Assembly (NCBI GenBank): GCA_001443375.1
Contig: LDXM01000006.1
Span: 18,133 to 82,132, forward strand
Reading direction: 5' to 3'
Source: Chloroflexi bacterium CSP1-4
Lineage (GTDB): Bacteria; Chloroflexota; Limnocylindria; Limnocylindrales; CSP1-4
DNA length: 64,000 nucleotides
In this document: positions 26,894 through 36,384 of the stretch, piece by piece
How the letters are laid out: the number at the start of each line of letters is the position of its first letter
How positions within the stretch are numbered: position 1 is the first letter of the stretch
The notes under the pieces: model-generated
What the model saw: the letters and a program-made list of their open reading frames with translations, nothing else
Told to the model about the DNA's origin: nothing
Database searches by the model: none
Made by a program: the position numbers and the translations under genes

Positions 26894-28470
26894 CGGCGTG
26901 CCTCGCCTTCGGGTGCGTCGGGGCCCGCGCCAGCGGGGGGTCGGCGGCGGGGCCCCGTGGTCACCGTCACCGGATCGGCCGGTTCGAGGTGGCTGGGGAC
27001 GGCGGTGGCGAAGGCCAGCGTGGGCGCGGCGAGGATGGAGCGGAAGCCGGCCACCAGGACCAGGGCGGCGCAGGCGAGGATGACCAACTCCGGACCGATG
27101 AGGTCGGCGATCGGGCCGACGAGGATGATGGGCAGGAAGCTGGCCACGTTGACAAGCATGTTCAGCACGCCGAATACGCGCCCTCGGATCTCCTCGGGCA
27201 GCTCCTCCTGGAGCTGCGTCTGCGCCGGCACGGCCACCAGGGCGTAGGCCACCCCCGAGACGAGCGCCAGCATGACCACGATCCCGAGCAGCGAGACCAG
27301 GCCGCCGATGGTCGTCCCGTCGGTGGTGCCCTTGAGGAACATCGAGATCGGCTGGGCGAGGGCGAGCATGCCCAGCGAGACCGCCAGCGCGACCATGCCG
27401 CCCTCGATGACGCGCCGCCGGGAGAAGTAGCGCCCGTACGCGTTGAGCAACAGGATGCCGATCACCAAGCCGGCCCCGAGCGGCAGCAGCACGACCGCCA
27501 GGCCCTCGTCGGTCAGGCCCAGGGAGTTGCGTGCGAAGCCGGGCCCGAGGACGCCGAGGACGCCGATGAGGGAGGCGCTGATGGCCAGGTAGCTGAGCGA
27601 CCAGAAGATGCTGGGGTTGTCGCGGATGAAGCGCAGGCCCTCGCGCAGCTCGCCGAACGTCGAGGCGACCGCCTGCTCGGCCTCGCCGATGGCGCGCGTG
27701 GCCGAGAGCCTCTCGCCGGGCTGCGGGACTGGCGCCGGTGGCAGGATGAAGCACAGGACGGCCGCCCCGAAGTACAGCCCGGCCACCAGGATGATCAGCG
27801 CGTTCACGCTCGTGACGCCCACCACGAGCGGGCCGAGCAGCGCGAAGCCGATGGCGAACGAGGCCTGCAACGTCAGCGTGAAGAGGCTGTTCGCCGCGAG
27901 CAGCTGGCGCCGGTCCACGAGGACCGGGATCATCGAGGCCTCGGCCGGCGCGAAGAAGACGGTCAGCGTGGAGACCACGATGGTCAGCAGGTAGATGTAG
28001 GCCAGCTGGCTGTCCACGGCCACCATGGCCACGAAGGCGAGGCCACGCGCGACGTTGGTGGCGATGAGCACCTTGCGCCGATCGAGCCGGTCCACGTAGA
28101 CCCCGGCGAGGGCGCTGAAGACGACGGCCGGCACGAGGAAGCTGAGGATCAGCAGGCTGACCGCCGAGTTCGAGTTCGTCCTCGCACTGACCAGCACGGT
28201 CAGGCCGAAGAGGACCATGTTGCCGCCGATCTGGCTGGCGACCTGGGCCAGCCAGAGGGCGAGGAAGCGGCGGTTCCTGAGGACGCCGGCGACCGTGGTA
28301 TCGACCGCCGGGCCCTCGGCCTCCTCCTCGGCCACGGCCGGGCCGCGCAGCTCGACAGCGCGCTCCACCATGGACAGACCGGCCGCCTCTTCGGCGATGA
28401 AAGTGCTCGATGCGTGATCGGGCGCCGGCTCGTCGTCGAGCGCCAGCCGCGTCTGCTCGAGCTCGTTCAT
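26890..28470 (-). CDS. MFS transporter
   Basis: About 12 predicted TM helices, MFS-type layout, acidic N-terminal cytoplasmic region and Pro/Arg-rich C-terminal tail. Confidence 0.75.
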   Translation of the reverse strand: MNELEQTRLALDDEPAPDHASSTFIAEEAAGLSMVERAVELRGPAVAEEEAEGPAVDTTVAGVLRNRRFLALWLAQVASQIGGNMVLFGLTVLVSARTNSNSAVSLLILSFLVPAVVFSALAGVYVDRLDRRKVLIATNVARGLAFVAMVAVDSQLAYIYLLTIVVSTLTVFFAPAEASMIPVLVDRRQLLAANSLFTLTLQASFAIGFALLGPLVVGVTSVNALIILVAGLYFGAAVLCFILPPAPVPQPGERLSATRAIGEAEQAVASTFGELREGLRFIRDNPSIFWSLSYLAISASLIGVLGVLGPGFARNSLGLTDEGLAVVLLPLGAGLVIGILLLNAYGRYFSRRRVIEGGMVALAVSLGMLALAQPISMFLKGTTDGTTIGGLVSLLGIVVMLALVSGVAYALVAVPAQTQLQEELPEEIRGRVFGVLNMLVNVASFLPIILVGPIADLIGPELVILACAALVLVAGFRSILAAPTLAFATAVPSHLEPADPVTVTTGPRRRPPAGAGPDAPEGEARR

Positions 28471-28703
28471 GCGGTCGATCCGGGCTCGGGTCCGCGTTCG
28501 ACGTACCCGCGGAAGCGCCGCTCCAGGTCGCCGCGTGCGAGCAGGATACGGCGGCGGCAGCCGTCGCAGACGAGGCCGATGTCCGCGCCCAGGCGCACCA
28601 CCGACCAGCGGCGCTCGCCGCAGGGGTGGGGTCGGGCCAGCTCGATGCGGTCCCCCAGGCGGAGTTCGAGCACCGGCCGCGGCGTGGCCATGGTCCTGCT
28701 CAA
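28467..28703 (-). CDS. DUF951 family small protein
   Basis: 78 aa. GDRIELARPHPCG...WSVVRLGADIGLVCDGCRRRILLAR matches the DUF951 pattern. Overlaps both neighbours. Confidence 0.6.
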   Translation of the reverse strand: MSRTMATPRPVLELRLGDRIELARPHPCGERRWSVVRLGADIGLVCDGCRRRILLARGDLERRFRGYVERGPEPGSTA

Positions 28704-30052
28704 TGCTCCGTCGCCCCGGTGAACGTGAAGGCGCTCAGGCGCAGTGCCGGCACGACCACGGGCCCGAGGTATCCGCGCAGGAGCCGTCGCTCGCGGGATA
28801 CCGCCTCCACGCCGGCGAGCGCCGCCAGGTAGCTCTGCGTGAAGCGCAGGTTCCGCACCGGCCCCACGACCCGCCCGTCCTCGACCAGAAAGAGCCCGTC
28901 GCGCGTCATGCCGGTGATGATGGCCAGCTTCGGGTGCACGGTGTTCGTATAGTGGAAGCGCGTCACCAGCAGGCCCCGATCGAGGCCGGCAACGAGGTCA
29001 TCGCGCGGCGTCTCGCCGGCGGCCATGAGCTGGTTGAGCGGGAAGGGGCCCCAGGGGTTCGGCGCGGGCAGGCCGTGGCCCGTCGAGCGACGGCCGGCGC
29101 GGGCGGCCGTCTGTGCGTCGTAGACGACGTCGCGGCAGACACCGCGCTCGATGAGCGTCACGCGCTCCTTGGCGACCCCCTCGTAGTCGAACGAGGCAGG
29201 CATGCCGGCTGGGTCCCTCGCGTCGTCCACGATCGTCACCAACTCGGAGCCGACGACCCGCCCCGCTTCGTGGAACGAGCGCCCCTCCTGGACGGCGAGG
29301 GCGGAGAAGCCGATATAGCCGAGCGTATCGAGCACGTCGGCCACGGCGTACTCCTCGAGCACGACGGGGTAATCTCCGGGCTCCACGGCCACGGCGCCGC
29401 GAGAGTGGCGCGCCTTCGAGGCCGCCTCGCGTCCCACGGCAGCGGCATCGATCGTCGTCGCGTCGACCGCGTCCGCCTCCGCATAGCCAGCCTCGCCGTC
29501 CGGCCCCATGCACACCGTGATGAGCTGCGCCCAGGTCCGCTCCTCAAAGGCCCGCACGCCCTTCGAGTTGACGATCCCGACCCGCTCCAGGTGCGTGGCG
29601 AGGGAGCCGTAGGCGAGGACACCCGCCGCGTCGGCCGCGGCGATGACCTCGCGCGCGGCCGCGGCGCGCATCTCCGGCGACGTCGACGCGGTGCCGGGGC
29701 TGTAGGCGCCAGCCACGGGCGTGATGGGGCCCGGCTCGGGCAGCTCGACGGCCTCCTCCAGCTCTGGCTGGAGGCGCGCCGTGCGCGCCGCGCTGGCGGC
29801 CAGCCGCCGCAGCGACGCCTCGTCGAGGCGGTTGGTGGCCGCGCAGCCGACCCGCCGGCCATCGACGAAGCGAAGGCTGAGGCGCCGGTCGAGCGTGGCC
29901 ACGTTCTGATGGATCTCGCTGTTGGCGAAACGCGTCAGCGCCGACTCGTCGGCGTCGACGAGCACCTCGGCCTGGCTCGCGCCCTCGGCAGCGGCGAAGC
30001 CGAGCAGCCGATCCGCGAGCACGAGCATCTCCTCGCCCGCCGCGATCACCAT
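28700..30052 (-). CDS. pmbA: TldE/PmbA family metalloprotease component
   Basis: 450 aa TldD/PmbA fold lacking the HExxxH motif, consistent with PmbA/TldE. Overlaps tldD by 7 nt. Confidence 0.8.
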   Translation of the reverse strand: MVIAAGEEMLVLADRLLGFAAAEGASQAEVLVDADESALTRFANSEIHQNVATLDRRLSLRFVDGRRVGCAATNRLDEASLRRLAASAARTARLQPELEEAVELPEPGPITPVAGAYSPGTASTSPEMRAAAAREVIAAADAAGVLAYGSLATHLERVGIVNSKGVRAFEERTWAQLITVCMGPDGEAGYAEADAVDATTIDAAAVGREAASKARHSRGAVAVEPGDYPVVLEEYAVADVLDTLGYIGFSALAVQEGRSFHEAGRVVGSELVTIVDDARDPAGMPASFDYEGVAKERVTLIERGVCRDVVYDAQTAARAGRRSTGHGLPAPNPWGPFPLNQLMAAGETPRDDLVAGLDRGLLVTRFHYTNTVHPKLAIITGMTRDGLFLVEDGRVVGPVRNLRFTQSYLAALAGVEAVSRERRLLRGYLGPVVVPALRLSAFTFTGATEH

Positions 30053-31485
30053 CTGCCAACCCCGACCTGGACGTCGCGGAAGCGCGCGCCGCTCGTGCCG
30101 TGGCCGACGTGGCCGACCTGCCCCGGCTCGCCCTTGCCACAGTTCGGCGTGCCGATCATGACGTAGCTGCGGGCGTCGGCGACCGCGTCACAGGAGCGCC
30201 AGAACTCGTAGGTGATGCCCGTGTAGGTGGGGTTCTTGAAGAGCCGACCGAGCTTGCCGCCTTTGACCTCGTAGGCCACCTCCGTCGCGAACTGGAAGTT
30301 CAGGCGCCGGTCGTCGATGCTCCAGGAGCGGTTGGAGGCCAGGTAGAGGCCGTCGTCGGTGTCGGCCACGATGTCGTCGAGGCTCAGGCCCTCGCGGGGC
30401 AGGAGGTTGACGTTCGTCATGCGGATGAGCGGGATGCGGTCCCAGCCATCGGCGCGCATGGTGCCCCCGCTGCGCCGGCCGATGCGCGGCGCCGTCTCCC
30501 GCGAGCTGAGATAGCCGCTGAAGATGCCGTCCTGGACGAGCGGCACGCGCTGCGCGGCAACGCCCTCATCGTCCCAGCCGAAGGTGCCCATGCCGCCCGG
30601 CGCCGTCGCGTCGGCGACGATGGTCACGAGGTCCGAGCCGTAGCGGAAGCCGCTCTCGAGCTTGTCCGTGGTCAGGAAGCTCGTCCCCGCGTACGAGGCC
30701 TCGGTGCCGAAGACGCGGTCCAGCTCAGTGGGGTGGCCGCAGCTCTCGTGGACCTGCAGGTAGAGCTGTGACGGGTCGAGGATGATCGTGCGCCGGCCGG
30801 GCGGGCACTGCGGGGCCGAGAGGAGCGCCACCGCCTCGGGCGCGATGCGTTCGGCGTTGCCGGCGAGGTCGAGGCCGCGCACCCATTCGTAGCCCGCCGC
30901 CTGGCCCGAATCGGCGTAGCTGCGGCGCTGGAGCTCGTCGCCCGACACGGCATTGGCCTCGATGTTGGCCACCACGTGGGTGATCTCCTGGTCGGTCTCC
31001 GAGCCGTCGCTGGCGGCGAACGACTTCCACTCCCGCTGCGCGGAGTAGTTGGCCTCGGCGAAGGCGATGCCCGGAGTGCGCGTCATGGCGGCCTCGGCGG
31101 CCATCAGGTCGGCCACCTTCTCCTCGACGGGCACGGCGAAGGGGTCGACCTCGTACGGCGTGCGGTACGAGCCGTGCGCGGGAGGCCGGTCGTCCAGGAC
31201 GACGGGCCGGCGCAGGGTGGTCGCCGAGGCACGTGCGATGCGCACCGCATCGCCGGCCACGCGGTCGGCCTCGGTCATCGTCAGCCCGCTCGAGGCGGCG
31301 AAGCCCCACGCGCCGTCCACCAGCACGCGCACCCCGAAGCCCTCGCTCTCGCCGAAGGCCACGGCCTCGATACGGCCGGACTTCACGGAGATCGATTCCT
31401 CGGCACGGCGCACCACGCGCACGTCGGCATACGTGGCGCCCCGCTGGACCGCCGTGTCCAGGGCGCGCTGGCTGAGGTCTCGCAC
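30046..31485 (-). CDS. tldD: TldD family metalloprotease
   Basis: 479 aa with the HESCGH (HExxxH) zinc motif and C-terminal GxC/Gly-rich region. Confidence 0.85.
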   Translation of the reverse strand: MRDLSQRALDTAVQRGATYADVRVVRRAEESISVKSGRIEAVAFGESEGFGVRVLVDGAWGFAASSGLTMTEADRVAGDAVRIARASATTLRRPVVLDDRPPAHGSYRTPYEVDPFAVPVEEKVADLMAAEAAMTRTPGIAFAEANYSAQREWKSFAASDGSETDQEITHVVANIEANAVSGDELQRRSYADSGQAAGYEWVRGLDLAGNAERIAPEAVALLSAPQCPPGRRTIILDPSQLYLQVHESCGHPTELDRVFGTEASYAGTSFLTTDKLESGFRYGSDLVTIVADATAPGGMGTFGWDDEGVAAQRVPLVQDGIFSGYLSSRETAPRIGRRSGGTMRADGWDRIPLIRMTNVNLLPREGLSLDDIVADTDDGLYLASNRSWSIDDRRLNFQFATEVAYEVKGGKLGRLFKNPTYTGITYEFWRSCDAVADARSYVMIGTPNCGKGEPGQVGHVGHGTSGARFRDVQVGVGRW

Positions 31486-31508
31486 GACGCCGGAGGATAG
31501 CAGAGGCG

Positions 31509-32186
31509 TCAGATGCGGGGCTTCGCGTCCTGCGGGCGGAGGTCGCGCGTCGTGGCCGGGAGGACCAGCGGGGTCTCGCGCGGCATGACCTCGATGACCA
31601 CATCGGGCTGGGCCACGGCGATCCGCCCGATGATGCCGCCGGCACGGCTCAGGACGGCCTGCAGCGCCGAGGGCGAGCCGATGGCCTCGATCCGGATCTC
31701 CGGCCCGAGGGGCGCGCCGACCAGGACCAGCGCGCCGGGCTCGCCCCCGACCACGGAGCCGGGCACCACGCGGACATCCCCGATGGCGATCGCCTCAGCG
31801 CCGGCCAAGCGGAGCTCGTCCACCAGGTCGTTGACGGCATCGGCCGTGATCGGGCCGTCGATGACGACGACCACGCCCCTCCCCTGCACCGGCTCGAGCC
31901 CCGACCAGCGCCGCAGGCGCAGCAGATCTGCCTCCAGCTGTCCGACGTTGGTCCGGCCGCTGGCCGTCGCGTCGCTCATGTCGCGCAACTGCGCCTCCAG
32001 CTGGGCCACTTCGTCGCGCAGCTGGCCGTTGCCCAGGTTCAGGCTCGCGATGAGCGTCGTGAGGTCCTGCGTGCTGAGCTGCCCGAGGCCGCCGGCCGAA
32101 CCCTGGGCGCGCAGCTGGAGGACCAACAGCAGACCCATGATGAAGGCCACCACGGTCATGGCGGCCCGGGCGCGGGGCGCCTTCAC
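31509..32186 (-). CDS. DUF881 domain protein (YlxW/YlxX-like)
   Basis: N-terminal TM helix, coiled-coil segment and C-terminal DUF881-like domain. GTG 32186 overlaps the upstream stop (alternative ATG 32159). The upstream 106 aa of ORF 31509..32504 are rejected. Confidence 0.6.
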   Translation of the reverse strand: MKAPRARAAMTVVAFIMGLLLVLQLRAQGSAGGLGQLSTQDLTTLIASLNLGNGQLRDEVAQLEAQLRDMSDATASGRTNVGQLEADLLRLRRWSGLEPVQGRGVVVVIDGPITADAVNDLVDELRLAGAEAIAIGDVRVVPGSVVGGEPGALVLVGAPLGPEIRIEAIGSPSALQAVLSRAGGIIGRIAVAQPDVVIEVMPRETPLVLPATTRDLRPQDAKPRI

Positions 32187-32944
32187 GGCGCGCTCGACGG
32201 GCTGGGCACCGGGCGGGCCTGCACGAGGTTGATGACACCCGAGTAGGCCGCCACGACCACGTCGCCCGCCGGCACGAAGCCGAGCTGCAGGCCGTACCCC
32301 TGGACCCGGGTCCGGGTGAAGTCGATGAAGCCCGATGCGGTCGTCAGCCGGTCGTAGAGCTCCGGCGGCCCGATGACCGAGATGTCGTAGGGCGGCTGGA
32401 GGTAGGAGCTGTTGACGAGGACCGATGAGCCGATGTCGGTGAGCGCCGTGCTCGCCACGATGCGCTCGCTGTTCACGCTGATGGCCTCCGCACCGGCCAG
32501 CCACAGCTCGGTGAGGACGTCGCGCAGGTCGTTGGCCGAGACGAGGTAGTCGGCCGCCGCGACATCGGGTGGCACCGGCTGGGTCGAATCGTCGAGACGG
32601 ACGACGAGACCGGGACCCTCGAGCTCCACGAGCCCAGCTACCAGGCGCGCGTCGCGCAACTCGTCGTTCAGGCGGCGCACGCGCTCGTCGTTGCCCTCCG
32701 CCGAGGCCTCGGCGTCCCCGATCTGTGCCCGCAACTCGAGGATGCGCGCCTCAAGCTGCTCCTGCGCCGCGCGCAGCTCGTTGGCGGTCTCGAGGAGCGG
32801 CGGGCGCTCCGAACTGCTGTAGCGGATGCGCGGTCCTTCCGTGCCGAGCTGGATGGCGATGAGGAAACCGAGCGCGAGCAGGGCGACGCCGAGGGTCACC
32901 TGCCAGCTCGGGATGCGTCGGAGGCGCGCCAGCAGCCCGCTCAC
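32183..32944 (-). CDS. DUF881 domain protein (second paralogue)
   Basis: Same architecture as the downstream paralogue: TM helix, coiled coil, DUF881 core. 4-nt overlaps with both neighbours. Confidence 0.6.
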   Translation of the reverse strand: MSGLLARLRRIPSWQVTLGVALLALGFLIAIQLGTEGPRIRYSSSERPPLLETANELRAAQEQLEARILELRAQIGDAEASAEGNDERVRRLNDELRDARLVAGLVELEGPGLVVRLDDSTQPVPPDVAAADYLVSANDLRDVLTELWLAGAEAISVNSERIVASTALTDIGSSVLVNSSYLQPPYDISVIGPPELYDRLTTASGFIDFTRTRVQGYGLQLGFVPAGDVVVAAYSGVINLVQARPVPSPSSAP

Positions 32945-34338
32945 GGTCCGTCCTCCGGCCCGGCCGGCGGCGCCGCTGCGGACGACGCGGGACGGCCACG
33001 GCGCACGATGACGACGATGACGCCGGCCGCGATCACGAAGAGGGCCGCGACGATGACGCCGACCAGGAACCCGGTCTGGGCCGCGCCGCCGCCGTCGGGC
33101 CCGGGCGTGGCCGACGGCGTGGGGCCGCCGCTGCCCTCGGTCGGAGCGGGCGTGGCCGAACCGCCCCCGATCGCCCAGTCCGCTGGCGTCGGCCCGGGCG
33201 CCGGTGGCTGCGGGCCGTACGCCTTCGGCTCACGCGCACCGATGTCCTCGAGCCATGCCTGCCCGAAGGCCTCGATGCCGGCGCCGGTGGCGGCGCGGAA
33301 CGCTTCGTCGTCGGTGACGCCGTCCGCGTAGCTCCGGATGAGGTCCACGAGCTTCGCCTCGCTGTATCTCCGGATGAAGAAGTCGACCGCCGCGGTCCCC
33401 TCGGCGTAGCCGAGGTAGAACAGCTCCTCGCGCGCCTGCGGGAAGCCGGATGCCAGCGCATCGAGCGGCAGGAGCGTGCCGCGCTCGATCGCGTTGGCGA
33501 CGCGCTGCCGATCGCCGGAGCCGAAGCCTTCCGAGAGGTACGTCGCGAGGCCCTCGTTCAGCCAGTGGGGCGGATCATGGAAGACGTTCTGCGTGGCCGT
33601 GTCGAAGACGAGGTGGGTCAGCTCGTGCGTGATGAGGACGGGCACCCAGTCGCTGCCGATCTGGTCGGGCGCCACGGCCCCGAAGAGCGTCCGGATCTCG
33701 GCGATCGCGCGGCCGGCGACGAACTCCTTCGTGTTCGGCCCGATCGCGGTCTGCAGCAGCGTCGGGTCGCCGTAGACGTAGAAGTCGATCGGTTCGGTCT
33801 CCGTCACGCCGAGCAGAGCGGAGGCCGAGGCGACGGCTTCCTCGCCGAAGCGCAGGGCGCGCCGGGCGAAGGCTTCGCTGCCTTCGTACCAGTGGATGCG
33901 CACGACGTCACCCTCGAGCGTCTTCCACGTGACGCGATCGTCCTCGATGCGGACGGTCGCCCGCGGGCCGTCGACCACACCGTCGGGGGTGGTGACGCGG
34001 AAGCGGTAGTCGATGACGCCGTTGGGCAGGTAGAAGCCGCCATCGATGAAGTCGACCCGGTACGCGGAGCCGCCCGTCGTGGCCTGGCCGACCTCGCGCG
34101 CCTGGACCTCCTGGACGAACCACGTCTCGGTGCCGGTGAGGCGCGTCATCAACTCGACGCGGGCCGGCGGGGTCGCGGAACCGAACCCCTGTGACCAGGT
34201 GATCGCCTGGCCGAAGCGGACCTCGACCGACGGCGCCTCGAAGGTGACGCTCGTGGCGGCCCCTGCCACCGGCCCGGCGACCGATGCCCCGAACACCAGC
34301 CCCAGCACGGCGACCAGAAGTGCGAAGCGGCGCGTCAT
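32941..34338 (-). CDS. secreted zinc metallopeptidase-like protein (HExxH) with C-terminal membrane anchor
   Basis: Signal peptide, HELTH...NEGLATY zinc-binding arrangement, Pro/Gly/Thr-rich linker and a C-terminal TM helix with basic tail. Family not assignable by eye. Confidence 0.55.
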   Translation of the reverse strand: MTRRFALLVAVLGLVFGASVAGPVAGAATSVTFEAPSVEVRFGQAITWSQGFGSATPPARVELMTRLTGTETWFVQEVQAREVGQATTGGSAYRVDFIDGGFYLPNGVIDYRFRVTTPDGVVDGPRATVRIEDDRVTWKTLEGDVVRIHWYEGSEAFARRALRFGEEAVASASALLGVTETEPIDFYVYGDPTLLQTAIGPNTKEFVAGRAIAEIRTLFGAVAPDQIGSDWVPVLITHELTHLVFDTATQNVFHDPPHWLNEGLATYLSEGFGSGDRQRVANAIERGTLLPLDALASGFPQAREELFYLGYAEGTAAVDFFIRRYSEAKLVDLIRSYADGVTDDEAFRAATGAGIEAFGQAWLEDIGAREPKAYGPQPPAPGPTPADWAIGGGSATPAPTEGSGGPTPSATPGPDGGGAAQTGFLVGVIVAALFVIAAGVIVVIVRRGRPASSAAAPPAGPEDGP

Positions 34339-36008
34339 CGGTCGGCCCAGTCCAGGCCCGCGAAACGGAGGATGCCGGTGCCCGACACCGCGGTGCCCTC
34401 GAGGCCCGTACGGGCCAGCGCCCAGCCGGCGCGGTAGGCCACCGCGATGGCCGGCGCCTCGTCGCGGACGATCGCCTGGGCGTCAGCGTAGCGCGCCTGC
34501 TGCTCGGCGGGGTTACCCGTGGCAGCGGCCGCATCGAGCGCGGCGTCGTAGCGCGGCTCGCTCCAGCGACCGTAGTTGTTGGTGCTCCCGGTTTCGAGGA
34601 GGAGGCCCAGGAAGTCCTGCGGGGCGGGGTAGTCGGCGACCCAGGACATCGCCCAGAAGGCCGGCCGATCGGGCTCCTCGAGCCGCGCGAAGTACTCGGC
34701 GGACGGCATCAGCTCGAGGCGCAGTTGGACGCCGAGCACGCGAGCGATCTCGGCGGCGATGGGCTCGTCCCAGCTGTAGCCCTGCGTGACGAGTGCGACC
34801 TCGGGGAAGCCCGCTCCACCTGGATAGCCCGCCTCCGCAAGGGCGGCACGGGCGGCCTGGGGGTCGTACGAGGGCGTGAAGTCCGTGTCGCTGCGACCGG
34901 GTATGCCGGGTGGCAGCAGGGACGTGGCGCCGATGGCGTCGGGCGTCGTCAACTCGACGAGCCGGTGCCAGTCGATCGCCTGGGCGAAGGCCCGCCGGAC
35001 GCGGGCATCGTCGAAGGGCGGCTTCGTGGTGTCGAAGCCGTAGTAGTCGACGGTCAGCTCGGTGCGCTCCAGCAGCTGCGGCCCGAGGTCGGCGTCGTAG
35101 CGCACCCACCCGGCGTCGAAGGCGTCCAGCCGGCTGTAGTCGATGTCGCCCGCCTCGAAGGCCTCGACGATCGACGTCTCGCCGAGGTCGAAGACGATCT
35201 CGAGCACCTTCAGCGCAGGCGCGCCGGCCCAGTAGCGTGGGTTCGCCTCCAGCCGGATCGCCGTGGTGGTCTGGCTGGTCGGGACGTAGGCACCGGAGAC
35301 GACGAGACCGAGCGGCAGGAACGGACCCTGGCCCTGAAGGGCCACGATGGCGGCGGCGGGCAGCACGGCCAGCGACGGAGAGGCGGCCACCGAAGGGAAG
35401 TACGCGGCCGGGCGGCGGAAATCGACCACGACGCGATCGCCATCGGCCCGGATGCCCACGCCGTCAGGGCCGCTGCGCCCGGCAAGGCGCTCGTTGGCAC
35501 CCACGACGTCGGAGAGGAGCGAGGCCAGCGGTGAGGGCCGCGCCGGGTCGATCAGGCGCAGCCAGCTCGCGACCACGTCCGCGCTGGTGATCGGCGTGCC
35601 GGCCGAGTCGGTGATGCCCGGCCGCAGCGCGAACACGACGCGCCGGCCTCCGTCCTCTACCGACCAGGTCGCGGCGAGGGCGGGCTGCACGGCGCCTTGC
35701 GCGTCCACCGCGGTCAGCGACTCGAAGACCTGGGCGATCGTGATCGCCGAGCCGTAGTCGCTCTGCATGGCGGGGTCCCAGTCGGCGGGTGCAAAGCCGA
35801 CGATGCGGGCATCGACGTCACCACGGGGGGCCGCCGCGGCCGACTCGCCGCCCGTCGTGCTGGACGGCACGGCCGGTGCGGCCGGTGCTGACCCGTACCA
35901 CGTGGCGGCAGTGACGACCAGCGCGACGACCAGGAGCAGTGCCACCCCCGCGAGGCCCCGCCGGGCGCGTGGCTCGAGCGGCTCGTCGACATCGGCGGAG
36001 GACAGCAT
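34335..36008 (-). CDS. ABC-type substrate-binding protein, family 5 (peptide/nickel type), membrane-anchored
   Basis: SBP_bac_5 architecture over about 500 aa. N-terminal TM anchor instead of a lipobox. Start at ATG 36008. No permease or ATPase genes adjacent. Confidence 0.7.
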   Translation of the reverse strand: MLSSADVDEPLEPRARRGLAGVALLLVVALVVTAATWYGSAPAAPAVPSSTTGGESAAAAPRGDVDARIVGFAPADWDPAMQSDYGSAITIAQVFESLTAVDAQGAVQPALAATWSVEDGGRRVVFALRPGITDSAGTPITSADVVASWLRLIDPARPSPLASLLSDVVGANERLAGRSGPDGVGIRADGDRVVVDFRRPAAYFPSVAASPSLAVLPAAAIVALQGQGPFLPLGLVVSGAYVPTSQTTTAIRLEANPRYWAGAPALKVLEIVFDLGETSIVEAFEAGDIDYSRLDAFDAGWVRYDADLGPQLLERTELTVDYYGFDTTKPPFDDARVRRAFAQAIDWHRLVELTTPDAIGATSLLPPGIPGRSDTDFTPSYDPQAARAALAEAGYPGGAGFPEVALVTQGYSWDEPIAAEIARVLGVQLRLELMPSAEYFARLEEPDRPAFWAMSWVADYPAPQDFLGLLLETGSTNNYGRWSEPRYDAALDAAAATGNPAEQQARYADAQAIVRDEAPAIAVAYRAGWALARTGLEGTAVSGTGILRFAGLDWADR

Positions 36009-36045
36009 GGGATGCGAGTCTAGCCGGACTGGCGCCGGCCGCACC

Positions 36046-36384
36046 TCAGGCCGGGGGTTCGGGCCGGTCGCGCAGGAGCAGCAGGAGCATGACCACTGGC
36101 GTCCGCGCCGTGAGCGCGTGACGCATCCCGGCCGGCATGTGGATCCACGTGCCGGGGCCGGCCTCGCGCCGGTCATCGCCGAGCAGCACCTCGGCCTCTC
36201 CCTCGAGGATGTGGATGACCGCCGACATCGCCGCGGTGTGCTCGGACAGCTCCTGTCCGGCGTCGAAGCCGAAGATGACCACCTTCAGCCGGCCGTCGCT
36301 GAACACCGTCCGGCTGAGGATGCCGTCCTTGGGGATCTCCACCTCGGCCCGCAGATCGGCGAGGAACGCGTAAGGAGCCGTCAT
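36046..36384 (-). CDS. cupin domain protein
   Basis: 112 aa with cupin_2 motifs (G...H.H..E...VLLG, P.G..H). AAGGAG RBS. ATGA overlap with the upstream gene. Confidence 0.7.
   Translation of the reverse strand: MTAPYAFLADLRAEVEIPKDGILSRTVFSDGRLKVVIFGFDAGQELSEHTAAMSAVIHILEGEAEVLLGDDRREAGPGTWIHMPAGMRHALTARTPVVMLLLLLRDRPEPPA

Noticed and set aside
25913-27754. 613-aa ORF merging asparaginase with 287 upstream residues
   Set aside because: The upstream part overlaps the MFS transporter in another frame. Asparaginase homology starts at ATG 26893, with a 4-nt overlap to the MFS stop.
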